Assembly (NCBI GenBank): GCA_965645245.1
Contig: OZ287073.1
Coordinates: 1,054,001-1,118,000 of the forward strand
Direction: 5' to 3'
DNA: 64,000 bases
DNA from: Massalongia carnosa
Taxonomy: Eukaryota
The position numbers and the translations under genes were made by a program. Position 1 is the stretch's first letter. Each line of letters opens with the position of its first letter. The notes under the pieces are model-generated. The model was given only the letters and a program-made list of their open reading frames with translations, was not told where the DNA came from and did no database searches. Positions 11,895 through 24,437 of this stretch are shown here, in pieces.

Positions 11895-13232
11895 TATACC
11901 TCGCTTTGCTTTCTTGCTAGTGATGGGTGCAGGAAGAGCGATACTACTATTTTCAAAACACTGCTTTAGAACAAAGTATACAGCGGTTTTGATAATATCT
12001 CATATGGTTGTTGTCTGTCTCTGGAATCCAACTGCGATTGCGCAAGGTACCCTTAATACTGATGGTGATTGGATCTCTTTTGGGGCCCAGTCGGACAGTA
12101 CCGGAGGATTTGAGGGCGACAGCTGCATCGAAACAATCCAAGAGATTTGGTTTTCCCAATGCCACGTCATAACTCGTCTTCAGATTCGTGAAGGTCTTAG
12201 CGGCTTGGTTAGACGGCGCTGCGAAGCTGGTGGACCACATAACACCTCTCAAGAATCCTATCCAAGATGCTTTGTATTATACTTAACATAGTGTTCCGGA
12301 GGGCAACCTGACCGCCCTGCCTGCCCACTTCTAGCGTATGGATTAGAGCGCTGAGGGCCCTTGAGATCGCCAATTTAGTGTTTCCGAGGTCCGGGGCATT
12401 CGCACTGCTTGACTCTGTAGGGACCAAGAAAGGCAATGGACCTGTCATGCCGTGGACTTGCATCGGGATGAACGTATCCAAGGTCAATCCCATATTGTAG
12501 GTAGTATATCTTCCTAGACCCAAGGGAATTGTGCATCGAGTTAGTATTTGATATACCATTGAAACGAGTTTGCGCGGCTCTATCAAGACCCTGTAACCTA
12601 GAGCTGCACTTCCAGTAGATGATGTGTTACTCTGAATTACATATTTTGCTGCCCTATATTCACTTTGAGCTAGACTAATATATTGTTAAAACGGCAACCG
12701 ATGCCAAGTACCGAAACCAGCTGACAAAGCAATTTGCATCTACCTCGGCAAGGAAAGGCTTGTGGCGGTGGCAAATTTGTACTTTGCATCGGAAGAGGGA
12801 ACCGATGAGATGGAAATGGAAGCTTCTGGAATCGTTGGTGGACGGGCATAAATAGGAGCAGTTTTACCCTACGTAGTGGTAGTTAGTCAATCATTTCTCC
12901 CAGTTTATTTTGCATGTGCAAGAGCTCGTTTGTCGAACTAGTCATATCAATTACCCAGTGCTACCATTCCGCCTGTTGCAGTCACAGTTCCAACATATAT
13001 AATTTTGATTCTTGGACTCAGCAGAGATAGCTTGACGTTATTATTGAAGTATTGGAAAACAGCTTCGCTATTAGGCATGCTTAATAATGCCTCATTACAA
13101 GATGGTATGAGAAGCCGAGTTCCTAGCTCCTGACTACAAACGATAATGTCAGGAGGGGTAGCCCATTGCTGGCTGTGACCCAGTTACAGTTGATAGAAGA
13201 GCAGAATATAGTACCCTCGAGATTGCTGAACA
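11895..13232 (-). pseudogene. Probable pseudogene of an intron-containing, Cys-patterned secreted protein
   Basis: Manual translation gives YYILLFYQL*LGHSQQWATPPDIIVCSQELGTRLLIPSCNEALLSMP..., an intron with CTAAC...TAG, then ...LGKPNLLDCFDAAVAL...KGT(frameshift)CAIAVGFQRQTTTI*DIIKTAVYFVLKQC. The signal-peptide-like start, in-frame stops and frameshift suggest decay. Confidence 0.4.
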
Positions 13233-13818
13233 TGTTAAGATATGATAAAGAGGTGAAAATGATCAGAGATTTGCACTCGAACGAAGGCCGTCAATAGATC
13301 TTCAGTGAGACATGAAACCACTATACATACCGATGTGAAACCTGCTCAAGCCCGCCAGTCAGTAATGACTTAAAAGCGATGCTTTGACGCGCTCCACACA
13401 ATACACGAATATGGAGCAGGAAAACTCGCGGAAAATTCAGCTGTGTCGTGAGCACAACTCAGCGAGATCATGCTGATCTGATGTAATTGCGACCTTACGT
13501 GCTTTATAGTATTAACAGAGTCCCAATGTTCACTCTAAACAAGCCTTTACCAAACCATTAACCCAGCGTTTCGATACGATGAAGAGGTAACCAGGACGGT
13601 GTCATCAAGTAGGGTGAAAGACTAGGAAATCCATCATTTGAATCCTACAAGTCGTTCAATAATTCTCATGATATCCTCATGATATATCCAAGTAGGATTC
13701 TGGGTTTATTCTGCACCAGTGAACGGTACCAGTACGAGGACTTGTACAAGGCAAAATTTCTGCTGAACATCTAACGACTCTGTACTCTGTACTCTGTATT
13801 TTGTACTATATACTTATA

Positions 13819-16153
13819 ACGTAACTCACTGGGCAACGGGACAAACTGGGCAACGGGACTAACTAAATTTCGCTTAATTTCTACAGCCTCCCTCTCACCC
13901 GTTTTACATACAAATTCGGCTTCAATGTCTATTAGACGTGAAATTGATATTTTGTCTGCATGCAACTTAATCACATTTTACGTGGTTGACGTACAATACG
14001 ACCCCGTCTGGTAGTTTGAACCTTCTTCACCTCCTCCACCACCTCCACCTCCACCTCTACCCCCCCACTCACCTTCACCTCCTCCACCCCCTCTACCTCT
14101 TCTGTCATTGGTTGAAGCACGGGAGGAGGTAGCAATCGTCTTTGAAAAGAACAAATAGGCTTACTTTGTGAACTATCAGGTGCTTTCTGAGGACTTTTCT
14201 GAGGACTTTTCGTCGAAGATGCAGTAGACGTTTGTCCTAGTAAATCAGGTCCAAATCGACACATTTCCCTGAAAGTTTTGATAAGGTCCTGCTCAGCTCG
14301 TTTTAGCTGAGCGGCCTTCTTTTTTTCGTCTTTCACCTTTTGTTTATCTTTGGCCCATTGCTGTCTTTGTTGAACGTCTTCAAGGCTTAGAACTCGAGCC
14401 TTTCCTCCATAGTGAGCCCCGCTACGATTGGCTCGATGATGGCGCCGTACATTGGCCTGAAGAAGCTCGTTGTTGGTGATACGTAGCAAGGTAGAGTCTG
14501 CGAAGGCATATTTAGCGCCTTTTATCAATTTATTTAGCGCTCGAACGGGAGTCGAGTCTGATTCTTCATCATTTCGAATTCGACGAATCAGTTGATTTAT
14601 TTGATCGATATTTGCAGGTGTCTTTTCAATTTCGTGAGAGTTTTGAAGGGTTGTCGGAGTGTTAGGATGAGAGGAGGTGATATTCGTGGTGGTGGTAGTA
14701 GTAGTGGTGGTGGTGGTGGTGGTGGTGGTGGTAGTGGTGGCGATGATGCTATCAGTCTTTCGCAACACCGATTGTTTATTAGTGAGTTTTTGAAGAACTG
14801 ATGACGGATTGTATGGTACTAATCCGGTTGCTCTCCATGCAGTCAGCACGTTTTTTGTGTTGATTGCTTCTTTTCTTGCTTTTTGAATGATCTTCAGAAA
14901 ATCCACCTTGTCCACTGAACAGACGTTGAATCGGGTGACGACCTCCAATTGTTTTTTGTACTCCCGTGATAAGGGCCCAAAAACACTCACGTCCAGAGGT
15001 TGCAACATATGGGTAGTATGTGGAGGTAGACACAAAAGAATGATTTTTTTTTCGTTGCAAAACCTGATGAATTCGGTAGAAATATGGGAAGCATGACCAT
15101 CTACTATAAGAAGTCGATATTCACCGTGTAGATATTTTGCAGTAGCAGGTTCAAAACACTTTTTCAACCAATCAAGACCTAGTTCATTGTCTGTCCATCC
15201 GTTTTCGCTGGTAGCTATTTCAGTGTCAATGTCCTCCAGTGCATCGTACCAGGCCTTTTGCTTGTTGACTCCTTTGAAGATGACGAAAAGAGGTAAACTT
15301 CGACCGGTAGTACAAATGGACTCGATCAATGACACCTATTCTCGATTACCTGACTGTGCTGAAAAGGCTTGCTTTTCGTGCTTAGAAATTACTACTTTAG
15401 CACTAGCAGCTACCCCCATCATGAATCCCTTTTCGTCCATGTTGTAGATGTCTTCATCAAGAATTCCGTGCTTTTCTTTCATGGAGAGGAAAAGGTCAAA
15501 CCAGTGCTGAAATATCTCTTCATTCTCAGCGAATAATCGTTCTTGATCTAGTGTGCGACTGTATTTAGCCTGCAGATCGGGATGACGATGTAAAAAATAC
15601 TGTTGCCAATTGACTCCTAGCACAGTATGATTCCCCCTTGCTCGTAGTAATTCTATGGCCATCTGACGTAGCTGAGCTATTTTAGCAGGCCAGCCCCAGG
15701 CGTACAGTTGTAAAACCCAGTTCTTCAAAGCGTCTTCCTCCTCGGGGGTCAGCAGTTGTTTAGTTTGATCAGACGTAAATCGTGATTGACGACCCTGAAT
15801 GCGGGCATGAAGGGTAGACTTTGAAACATCATATAGAAAAGCTGCCTTCGTAATGGAAAGAGCTCCATCGGCCTGTTTCCAGGCCAAAAAGGCTGACTGT
15901 AATCGTTGTTGATAGGTGGAGGTGGGGTGAAAACATGAAGGAATGGAGGTCTTGTGGGAGGTGGTTTTTTTACCTACACCCATGATTATAAAGTTTCAAA
16001 ATGATGAATATAATCTACTGTGGTGTCTGAAGCTGAATTTGTATGTAAAATGTATGTAATGAAGGCTTCATCATCTAGAGTGGTCAAAAAGTGATGATTT
16101 CGGAATTACTTAGTCCCGTTGCCCAGTTTGTCCCGTTGCCCAGTGAGTTACGT
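13819..16153 (-). mobile_element. Fot1/pogo-family DNA transposon, full length (2335 bp)
   Basis: Perfect 44-bp TIRs acgtaactcactgggcaacgggacaaactgggcaacgggactaa (13819-13862 and 16110-16153), TA on both flanks, and an internal transposase. Confidence 0.97.
13971..15983 (-). pseudogene. pogo/Fot1 transposase (HTH-psq, CENP-B HTH, DD35D), 670 codons with one in-frame TAG
   Basis: KAAFLYDVSKSTLHARIQG, IYNMDEKGF, GNRE*VSLIE (TAG 15336-15338), LLIVDGHASH and HMLQPLDVSVF. There are 35 residues between the 2nd and 3rd Asp. Confidence 0.93.
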
Positions 16154-16651
16154 TACTTATTTCGTAAGTATTTTATTTCGTACTCAACGACGCGCCCACA
16201 ATAGTTACGGACGTATTCCCGTCTTCACAAGTCCACGCCAAAGAATAGCGCAGAATGTCCCCGCGATGATGCACTTTCACGAATGACCTACCTACGTATT
16301 TACTGCGTACAGAGTACCATTTCACTGTTTTCAAGATAGATAACGCTCTGGAGGGATAACTTGATTATCTTGCGACACGATTTTCATCTTGAGAAACTCC
16401 AGGAGATTTACCTAAAGCTGTTTGGAGAATTAGAATGTCGATTCTACCTGATTGACCTGCTGCACCACTCCTTACAACGGCACTCGAAATACTCCTGGGC
16501 CAGTCTGTGCCTGCACCGAAGGTGATTCCTATCGCTTCTTTGGCATCACCAGATATTTCAGACCTTTGAATTTTGTTATCCTGGCATGTTACCTACGGGT
16601 TCGCCCTTCAGCTCTTGTCAATACTCGAAGGTTGGCAGGCCGTGACCAAAG

Positions 16652-18533
16652 ATGGCAGCCCAGGCTGCTCTTATCGCTGATACCATAGCTGGCATGAAGA
16701 GGGCTATTTCAGGCCTTCAATACTGTGAGTGGCTCCTTGAAGCTTATGGACTTGGAGTATTGAAACTGATAGCTATTCTGATCAAGCTTCTGATTCGGAC
16801 GACTCGTTTGACTTCCCAAGCAATCGGGGAAATAAACTCAAGCGCAAAGCACAATACGTTCATGAAGGACAGCTAGATAGACCAAATGGTCCTAAAGTCT
16901 ATAAAAGGGTGAGTTGTGTACTATTGTGGGTGAAACTGAACGTCAATCTGACACAGACTCCTAGAAGATTGAGCATGCCGGGTTCGAAAGGTACATCATA
17001 AGCCGAAATCCAAAGCGCTACGATGAAGATGGTGATGAGCTAGAGGATGATGAAATCGATGAGCAAGCGGACGCCGATGCAGCTACCCGCAATCCGTACT
17101 ACGAGATTCGGCTCGAAGGTGAGCGTGTTGCTTTCATGCAATCCACCTCGTTCGCTCATTTCTTCTTCTTTTAACCAGAGATCCTGGCGCCGTTGACATC
17201 CGCCGCCGACCTGCCTAGCCATGCAGCGCTATCCGTCCCCTATGTATCAAATGTTTTAAGTGGCATGGTGCAACAAGCCCGTGAGATGATGCATCGGGAG
17301 AAAAAGACACTTTGGAGCGTCAAGCACGTATTGACGAAACTGCGAGGAGATGCAGTTTGGGTTCCTTGTGGTTATTTAAACTCAGAAGTCGATGATGTAA
17401 TTTTTGACACAGAATCGATATATAATGAGATTATAGGGGTGAGATTACAGTCAGATCCAGCCGATATCGTTGGACAGAAATCTGTCATCGACCACGCCAG
17501 CCTGCCAGCATTCACTCAAAATAACTCGGTAATTGAAGGAGGTGCACCTACACTCATTGCCGATACCAATGGAACTTCACAGCATGCAGTTGCCCAAGAC
17601 AGTCACATCGTTAGCTCACAGGATTCCCGAGGTGTTGGCCTAGAGGCTGTACTAGATATCGCAGTAGACCCGTTAGGAGAACAGGCTAATAGTCCTATTC
17701 CCGCGGGCCAGGAGGAAACTGCCGAGCCCCATGGGAGAACGCCGTCTCCAATCAAACCTACTGTCTACGATCCCACGGGCAGCGAAAGCTTATCGGTCAT
17801 TCACAATCAGTCCGTGCGATCGGATCATGACAGAGCGCCGCCCGCTACAGCCATAATGAGTCCTGCTATACCTGAACAGGACCTAGAATTAGCTAAAACC
17901 CCTAGAGAACAGCCGCTGCAGACTCGGGATCAAATAGAACTTCGAGATATCGATGCGGCTCCAGCGTCAGTAGTCGACGTAGGAAATACCTTGTTAGATC
18001 ACGACGTTCTTCCAACCGCTGAAGAGGAAAAGGAAGCAGGTTCATTTAGCGGAGAGAATGGTGAAAACGTATCGCAGCCTGTCCCACATCGCATGACAAC
18101 ACGAGCTCAAGCGCAAGCGGCATCCGAAAACACTACGTCATCCCGCACACGATCCATGTCTAATGCCTCCTCAGGGCCTAACGCTATACATCCCATCTAT
18201 CTTATTCCTCCATCGGCCTATCCAGATCGAGACATCGGGTTAGACTCGAACGAAGCCGAAGACATACGTCGCATGGTGACGCTTTACGTTCAAAAGCAGG
18301 AAGAAGTCTGCCGCGGAGCAGAGAGGTTGTACGCCGGGCTTTTGCAAGCCGATCGAATGAGGAAGACGGTGTTCAAGTGGTGCAAAGCCGAAGGTCATGT
18401 CGGAGAAATGAGTGATGGTGAAGACTGGTACGACAAGGAAGAATGGGGATTGGATGAGGACTTAAGGAAAGGGCACTACGAGGAGGAGGATGATGCTGCG
18501 ACTCAGGGAAAGAAGACTCGAGGAAGAAGGTAA
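16652..18533 (+). CDS. RXT2: Rxt2-like subunit of the Rpd3L histone deacetylase complex (multi-exon; 3' end may include another short exon)
   Basis: MAAQAALIADTIAGMKRA..., SNRGNKLKRKAQYV, NPYYEIRLEEILAPLTSAADLPSH, and C-terminal YVQKQEEVCRG...WCKAEGHVGEMSDGEDWYDKEEWGL. Confidence 0.85.
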
Positions 18534-18779
18534 CCAAATCTCGTAGGCAGGATGTAGATCTTATGTGTTGAGACAAGCTTTATGGAATCCGATGACAACG
18601 TCAATTGAATCAAGGAATGATTTAGCTTGTTAGTCGCAATGGATCTAATTCGCGATTCCTCTCCTCTCGCGAATGAGTTAAGATAAACGTCATATGCGAC
18701 ATGACATTTGACCAAAATATATCCCTTTTACATACTTCAACTTGAAATTCCTCTCCATTCCAGGACCACTTGGGTAAAC

Positions 18780-19797
18780 ATGTCGCGATTCCTCAGTCAC
18801 TCGCCGAGTCTGGTCGATTTTGACCAAAAATCTCTTTATAGTAAAGAAGCCCCAGACCCCCTCAAACCCTCTTGCACCAAATCACTGACTCAGTCGTTTC
18901 CAAGTCTCCACCCTCGCCATCGTATTCAACCCACTTTTCTGGAAGTAAGACTTCCCCATACCCAACCCTCCCCATCACCCCTCATATCTCTTTACCCCCC
19001 CGAACTCGTTCTCTAACGTCATCTCTGCAGCACGGTCGCCCGTCGAGGTTCAATGCCCCCCTTCTCCCAACAACCCCCCCCGCCTGCTAGGGCGTCACAC
19101 TCCGCCGGTACCCTTTCTAACCCTGCCTCCCCCTCTGCAGAATACCGGCACAAGACGCTTACCAAGCTTTTCAACAACAACTCGCGTGCCGCCTGCTACG
19201 CTCTAGCCGTCACAATCTTCTCCCTCGGTCTTTTTCGCGATGCCCTGTACCTCTCACCCCCTTCCCCCCCCCCCTTCACCCTCATCTAACTAAACCCCTC
19301 CCTTTCCATCAAAGCTACGAGCGCGCCCTCCGCCACCAACCCTTCAACCCACTCTTCCACTCCCCCCCCCTGGCTTACCTCCTCCTCGGGACCGGGAACA
19401 TCCTCGTCCTCAGTAGCACCTACGCACTCGGCATCACCGGCACCTATCTCGGCGACTACTTCGGCATCCTCCTCGACGCGCCTGTCACCTCGTTTCCCTT
19501 TAATGTCACGGGCGCGCCCATGTATTATGGCAGCACGCTGAGCTTTCTGGGGGTGGCGCTGCTGTACGGCCGCCCGGCTGGGGTGCTGCTGACGGGGCTG
19601 GTGCTGGCGGTTTATTGGGTGGCGCTGGGGTTTGAAGAGTGAGTTGTTCTTTTCTTATTGTAGGAGAAGGGGGGGGGAAGAAGTTGAATGGAGAGGAGAT
19701 GCGGGCTTGCTGACCCATTTTGGATGATAGTCCCTTCACGAGCGAGATCTATGCGAAGAGAGCCCGGGAGAGGAAAGAAGGAAAGAAGGCTCGGTGA
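18780..19797 (+). CDS. OPI3: Phosphatidyl-N-methylethanolamine N-methyltransferase (multi-exon, includes a 17-nt exon at 19031-19047)
   Basis: AIVFNPLFW, VARREY, TIFSLGLFRD, ALGITGTYLGDYFGILLDAPVTSFPFNVTGAPMYYGSTL, FEDPFTSEIY. Confidence 0.93.
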
Positions 19798-20417
19798 GGT
19801 CACATGCTTCAAAGGAAATGATAGCGAAGATCTGCACGCCTGGGTAGACGGTACATCCTGTCTCACCCTGGCCGCATTCCATACCTGCGGCTACCAGCTA
19901 ACGAAAAAGCCAGCAATGAATATAGGTACTATTCCGTTGCAAGCAAGGTGACTATGAGATCGGACAACAAGAGAGTCCAATAGGTGGACGCTATTGCGAA
20001 CGAACTGGAATCTGCTTACTGGAAGACGAAGACGGTGCGGTTTTGCATGCTAGATAATTTGGTTCATTTCCCCCTTGAGTTATAGGAGCTCTGCTAAAAT
20101 AAAACGGAGAGGCACATTGAATAGATAAGTAATCCGAGACACCTTGCTAATGCTTCCTCGGTACACCCATCCATTTTCGCATTGCCTGAACAACGTACTG
20201 AGCGGGTCCCCGACCTATACCCATAGCATGCTTTATAAGGAACTAAAAACCCTTCGATCACTTTTTTGGAAACCCCTAAACACCCTGTTGTACAAAAATC
20301 TCATAACCCCAAAGAACCTTCTTCGCTGACGCCTATCAAAAAAGATTCCTGGTCTTTCCATAAGCGTTTCCCTCAATCATACAGCGAATAGGAAAAATTC
20401 GAAAGCTCGGCGAACAG

Positions 20418-21487
20418 TTACGTAACCACTTCGGTTGTATCTTTCCATCGTATCTCTGCACGCCGGACCAGTTCTTCGTACAACGTCCACGCCAGCGCGG
20501 AGCTGATGGCCTTCCGGCCTATCCGTAGCCCTAGGCCATCGAACAAGCTCTTGAAGCCCTCTTCTCCAATCATCCGCCGACCCGCCATGAACATATTGTG
20601 ATATTCCCCGGGTAGAAGTTGTAGCCGCGTCTTGACCGCATCAAAGGGATTGGTAATGGCAGTTGCGAGGCCCGCGGCCAGGACACCCGACAGAAAGTTG
20701 ATCGAAACGGACGTGCTACTTGTCATGTGGCTTTGCAAGCCTAGCCTTTCAGGCGTAGACGCAGCCTTCGAGAGTTGGCTCAAGCGGCGCTTCAATTGCT
20801 CGTAGAACAATACGTATAGTCCAGCGTACGGAGCGTCCCTAAGAGCCGTGACGCCGAACCCGGAGAAAAAGCCCTTCATACCCTCGTGCTTTAGGATTGC
20901 TGTGCCGGCACCCCATAGCGAATTGTAGGTGTAAAGGCTCGATTCGTAGCGCACCTTGATGATAGTAACAGGCATCATGATCAACCCTGCCGAGGCGCGA
21001 GCCACAGCACCTGTGACAAGATTCGCCATGTTCGACAGCCGCGGTAAGGACGATGAGGGCGTCCTCACAGCACGGCCGCCATCGGTGTGGGAGGCAACCA
21101 GGAGGCCTGTGGACAAGAGAAGATTGGAGCTCGCGACATGCTGGCGGAGGGCATTGAGAGTGGAGAAATACAGCGCGGAGCCAAAGCCCGTGCGGATAAC
21201 GGAGGGGAGCGTCCCCCGCCAGAGCTGTCTCAGTGCATTGGGGCCTTGCAGAATCTCTCGTAGAGTGTAAAGTAGGTATGTGGACCCGGATTGCTGGACA
21301 CGTGTTTTGAGCAGATCTGCAGGCTGAAGGAGCGAAGCGGAGAGAATGCCGGTGCTGAGACCGACTGCAAAGTGGAAGGCTAAGCGTTGAAGGGTAACGT
21401 TATCTCGATCAGAACCATTTCTCGAGCTCGAAGTATTCGGGGTATTGGCTCACAAGACGGGGGCCGCGCATGTCTGGTTTGGGGCAT
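20418..21487 (-). CDS. HEM25: Mitochondrial carrier, SLC25A38/Hem25 glycine-transporter type
   Basis: FHFAVGL..., [85 protein letters not shown]. Exon 1 is inferred (ATG 21487, donor GTGAGC). Confidence 0.88.
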
Positions 21488-21970
21488 CGCCCTGCTATCA
21501 ACTGAGGTCATCGATGTCCTTGAAGAAGCTGACTATTCATGGCAAACATAATGTTTGCGTCGCTAGATATAGGACCAAAGCAAACGCGGACACAATCGGA
21601 GGCCAGCGATTCGGTTACGGAACCTTCCGGATGAAATCATCGGAACTAGGTTACTTTCACTTAACTAACCAGTTAACGGGAAGTTCCGAGGCTAATACTC
21701 CGAAATTGATCGGGCATCTACTCTACATGCAGTGTTCGAGCTGCTAATGCAGGTCTCCGTATCAATCTTCTTTTCACTGTCTCTATCGTCATATCTCACT
21801 AGCCAATCTTGCCGATTGATCGCGTTCTTAATTCTTTAATCCCTAAAATATGGGTTGAGCAATCTCCCTAGCGACGAGCAATTCAACTGACCGGCAAGTC
21901 CGCTGCAACTCCAAGGACCGGAGCTCGAAGTTCCTCTCGAACGTCATATATGTAAAGTACAAAAATAACA

Positions 21971-24437
21971 ATGGCAGCCGCATTAGAGGAATCTCCGTCA
22001 ATTAAGCCATCACGACTGATCTCCACCATGCCGTCTATTTATGATACTTATCTTTGCAAAGAGCTACTAAGCAGATCACCCCTTCTCGGCACTGAATCTG
22101 AGGATAATCATGAGACGCGCCTTAGGACGTTGCAATCTTCCGCTGGGTATTTCTTGAAGCAAGATCGAATCCGAGCTGTTGAGCGTCTCCAGCTTGAGAC
22201 TGCACGAGAATATATGCGAGAGAAAGAATGGGGAAACGCAATAAAAGTTCTTCGCCCGCTATGGCAGACCCTGAGCTGGCGTCAGGCTGGTTGGTGGCGT
22301 TTAGTGGAAGTGGTGGATTGGGCTTTGAGAGAGTGTGCCCGGATGGTGGGTGATGGCGACATATTGATTGCTGTTGAATGGGAATTAATGAGTAGATGTA
22401 AGAGACGTCTTTGCTTAGAGTTTGCTGAGTTCTTTCCAATGTGATAGTGATTAATCTTGTCGTTCTAGCTTTAGCAGAAAGACCTGGGTGGCAATACGAT
22501 TTCTCTAAGAGTTTGAAAGGGTTAGCTCAATTTGACAAGAGACCGAAAGCCATTGTACGGAGCGGAAATATCAGATCTTGCTGTGAGTTGATTCATACAA
22601 ACCAGTATACGGAATCTCCTTCACACTTTGAAAGTGGTCACTGACGGTATGTCAAGTGTCTGCCACATTTGCTTTCCTTTCGTCACAAGGATATGTGGGT
22701 AAAAGATTATCAGCCCAATTGGTTATCTCATCCTTGGCGCAACAGTCATCCGCCCCAATAAAGCTCACCCAAGTTGATATAATTTATAAGGGAAACTTAA
22801 AAAATGTAAGGATTCTACATGATCCCAAGCATATGCCTGATTCAACTACCAAGGACGAGCTCCTCTCTATAAACAGTATTTTGCTACGGCAGACTGATGC
22901 GGCTGCTGATGAGCCTGCCTTGTCGAAGTCTACTTTGGTATCGCTTTCGCAATTCCTCGCTGGGGAATGTGATCTTAGATTTACTCCTGGCATTACGAAA
23001 GTTTTGATATTTGACGTCACACCGCGTGCTGCTGGTGATTTGGAGGCTGTCACGGTTACTCTCAGCGTGGAAGAAAAAGATTTCGATTTTCAGATTGTGG
23101 TGACTGATAACGATCTACGGCAGCAGAACATCTGGTGCAAAGGCGTTGTAGAACCCATCAGAAAAATATTCGGAAATGAAAGCAGCAATGTGGTTAAAAT
23201 ACTACCCAAACCACCGAAGATGCGTATTGAAGTTCTTTCCTTAAAGAGATCTTATTTCGCAGACGAGCTGATTGCAATCGAGATCCATGTTATCAATGAC
23301 GAGGATAGTGATGCCAATATTATGCTTGAAGTTCGTTTGCTAGGACACTCTGAAAATTTCCCGGTCTTAGAATGGTTATCAGACGAGGAAGGTTCAACAA
23401 TCATCAAGCAAGATATACATGACGAAGGGGTGAATCACTATCAGGGAAAGCTGTTAATCACACCGATAGGCCAACTAGCCTCAATCCAAACAAGAAATGC
23501 CAAAATATCGCTACAAGCAGGACCTGAGGCGGCAGAATATGTTTTAGAAGTTAAGGCACTTTACCGTCTTTTGACTGACCCAGATACGCCTATTACAAAG
23601 GCAACTGAAGTTGACCTTCTCTTTATAAAGCCTTTCGAGGTCAATTACAACCTTTCGCCCAGGACCCACCCTGGTTGTTGGCCGAATTACTTCTATATGG
23701 AGAATGACAATGACGACACTAATTCTACCTTAAAAGAAGTGATGTCAGCAGAAGGTATCAGTCAGAATTGGTCACTAACGACAAGAATTAAATCTCTGGG
23801 GACCGAATCCATCAGGATTGAAAGTGTGATATTACAAGTCCTGGGCAAACTAAACGATGTCATTTGTAAAATAACACATGCCGGGGGTCCCAGCCATGGC
23901 ATGGCTGTGATTATGCCAGCTGACGTTGAAAGACTCACATTCGGCATAGAAGTGCAGAAGTACCGTTTGGAAGACAGCCAATCTACAGTTCTCCACCTAC
24001 AACTTGAAATTCGATGGCGTCGAGAGAGTGCTCTTGCATCGTCCACCATCACTAACATCGCTGTCCCAGAATTAGTAATACCCTTCGGTGAGCCTCGAGT
24101 GTTGGCCGTGGCTAGAAATGCCCTAGGAACGAATCGACTAATTCATCTTGAATATACGGTTGAGAACCCATCCATGTACGTCCTCGCATTTAATGTAACC
24201 ATGGAGACGAGTGAGGAGTTTGCGTTTAGCGGAGCCAAAGCTACCACCTTACAGCTCGTCCCGCTTAGTCGATATACGGTTCAATACCACCTTCTACCAC
24301 TAGTAAGAGGAAAATGGATTAGCCCGCTGTTTAGGGTCGTGGATGTGCATTTTAACAAAACGCTGACAGTTCATGCCACTGATGGGATGAGGAGCGATGC
24401 AAAGGGGACGTTCATATGGGTTGAGGACGATAGCTAG
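21971..24437 (+). CDS. TRAPPC11: TRAPPC11/Gryzun-family protein, apparently lacking its N-terminal part (about 780 aa, 3 exons)
   Basis: YDTYLC, VLRPLWQTLSWRQAGWW, VKILPKPPKM, IPFGEPRVLA, EYTVENPSMYVLAFNVTMETSEEFAFSGAK, LQLVPLSR, PLVRGKWISP. Confidence 0.8.

Noticed and set aside
13811..16161. TACTTAT on both sides of the pogo element as a long TSD
   Set aside because: A canonical TA TSD within a pre-existing TACTTA-TACTTA microrepeat explains it.
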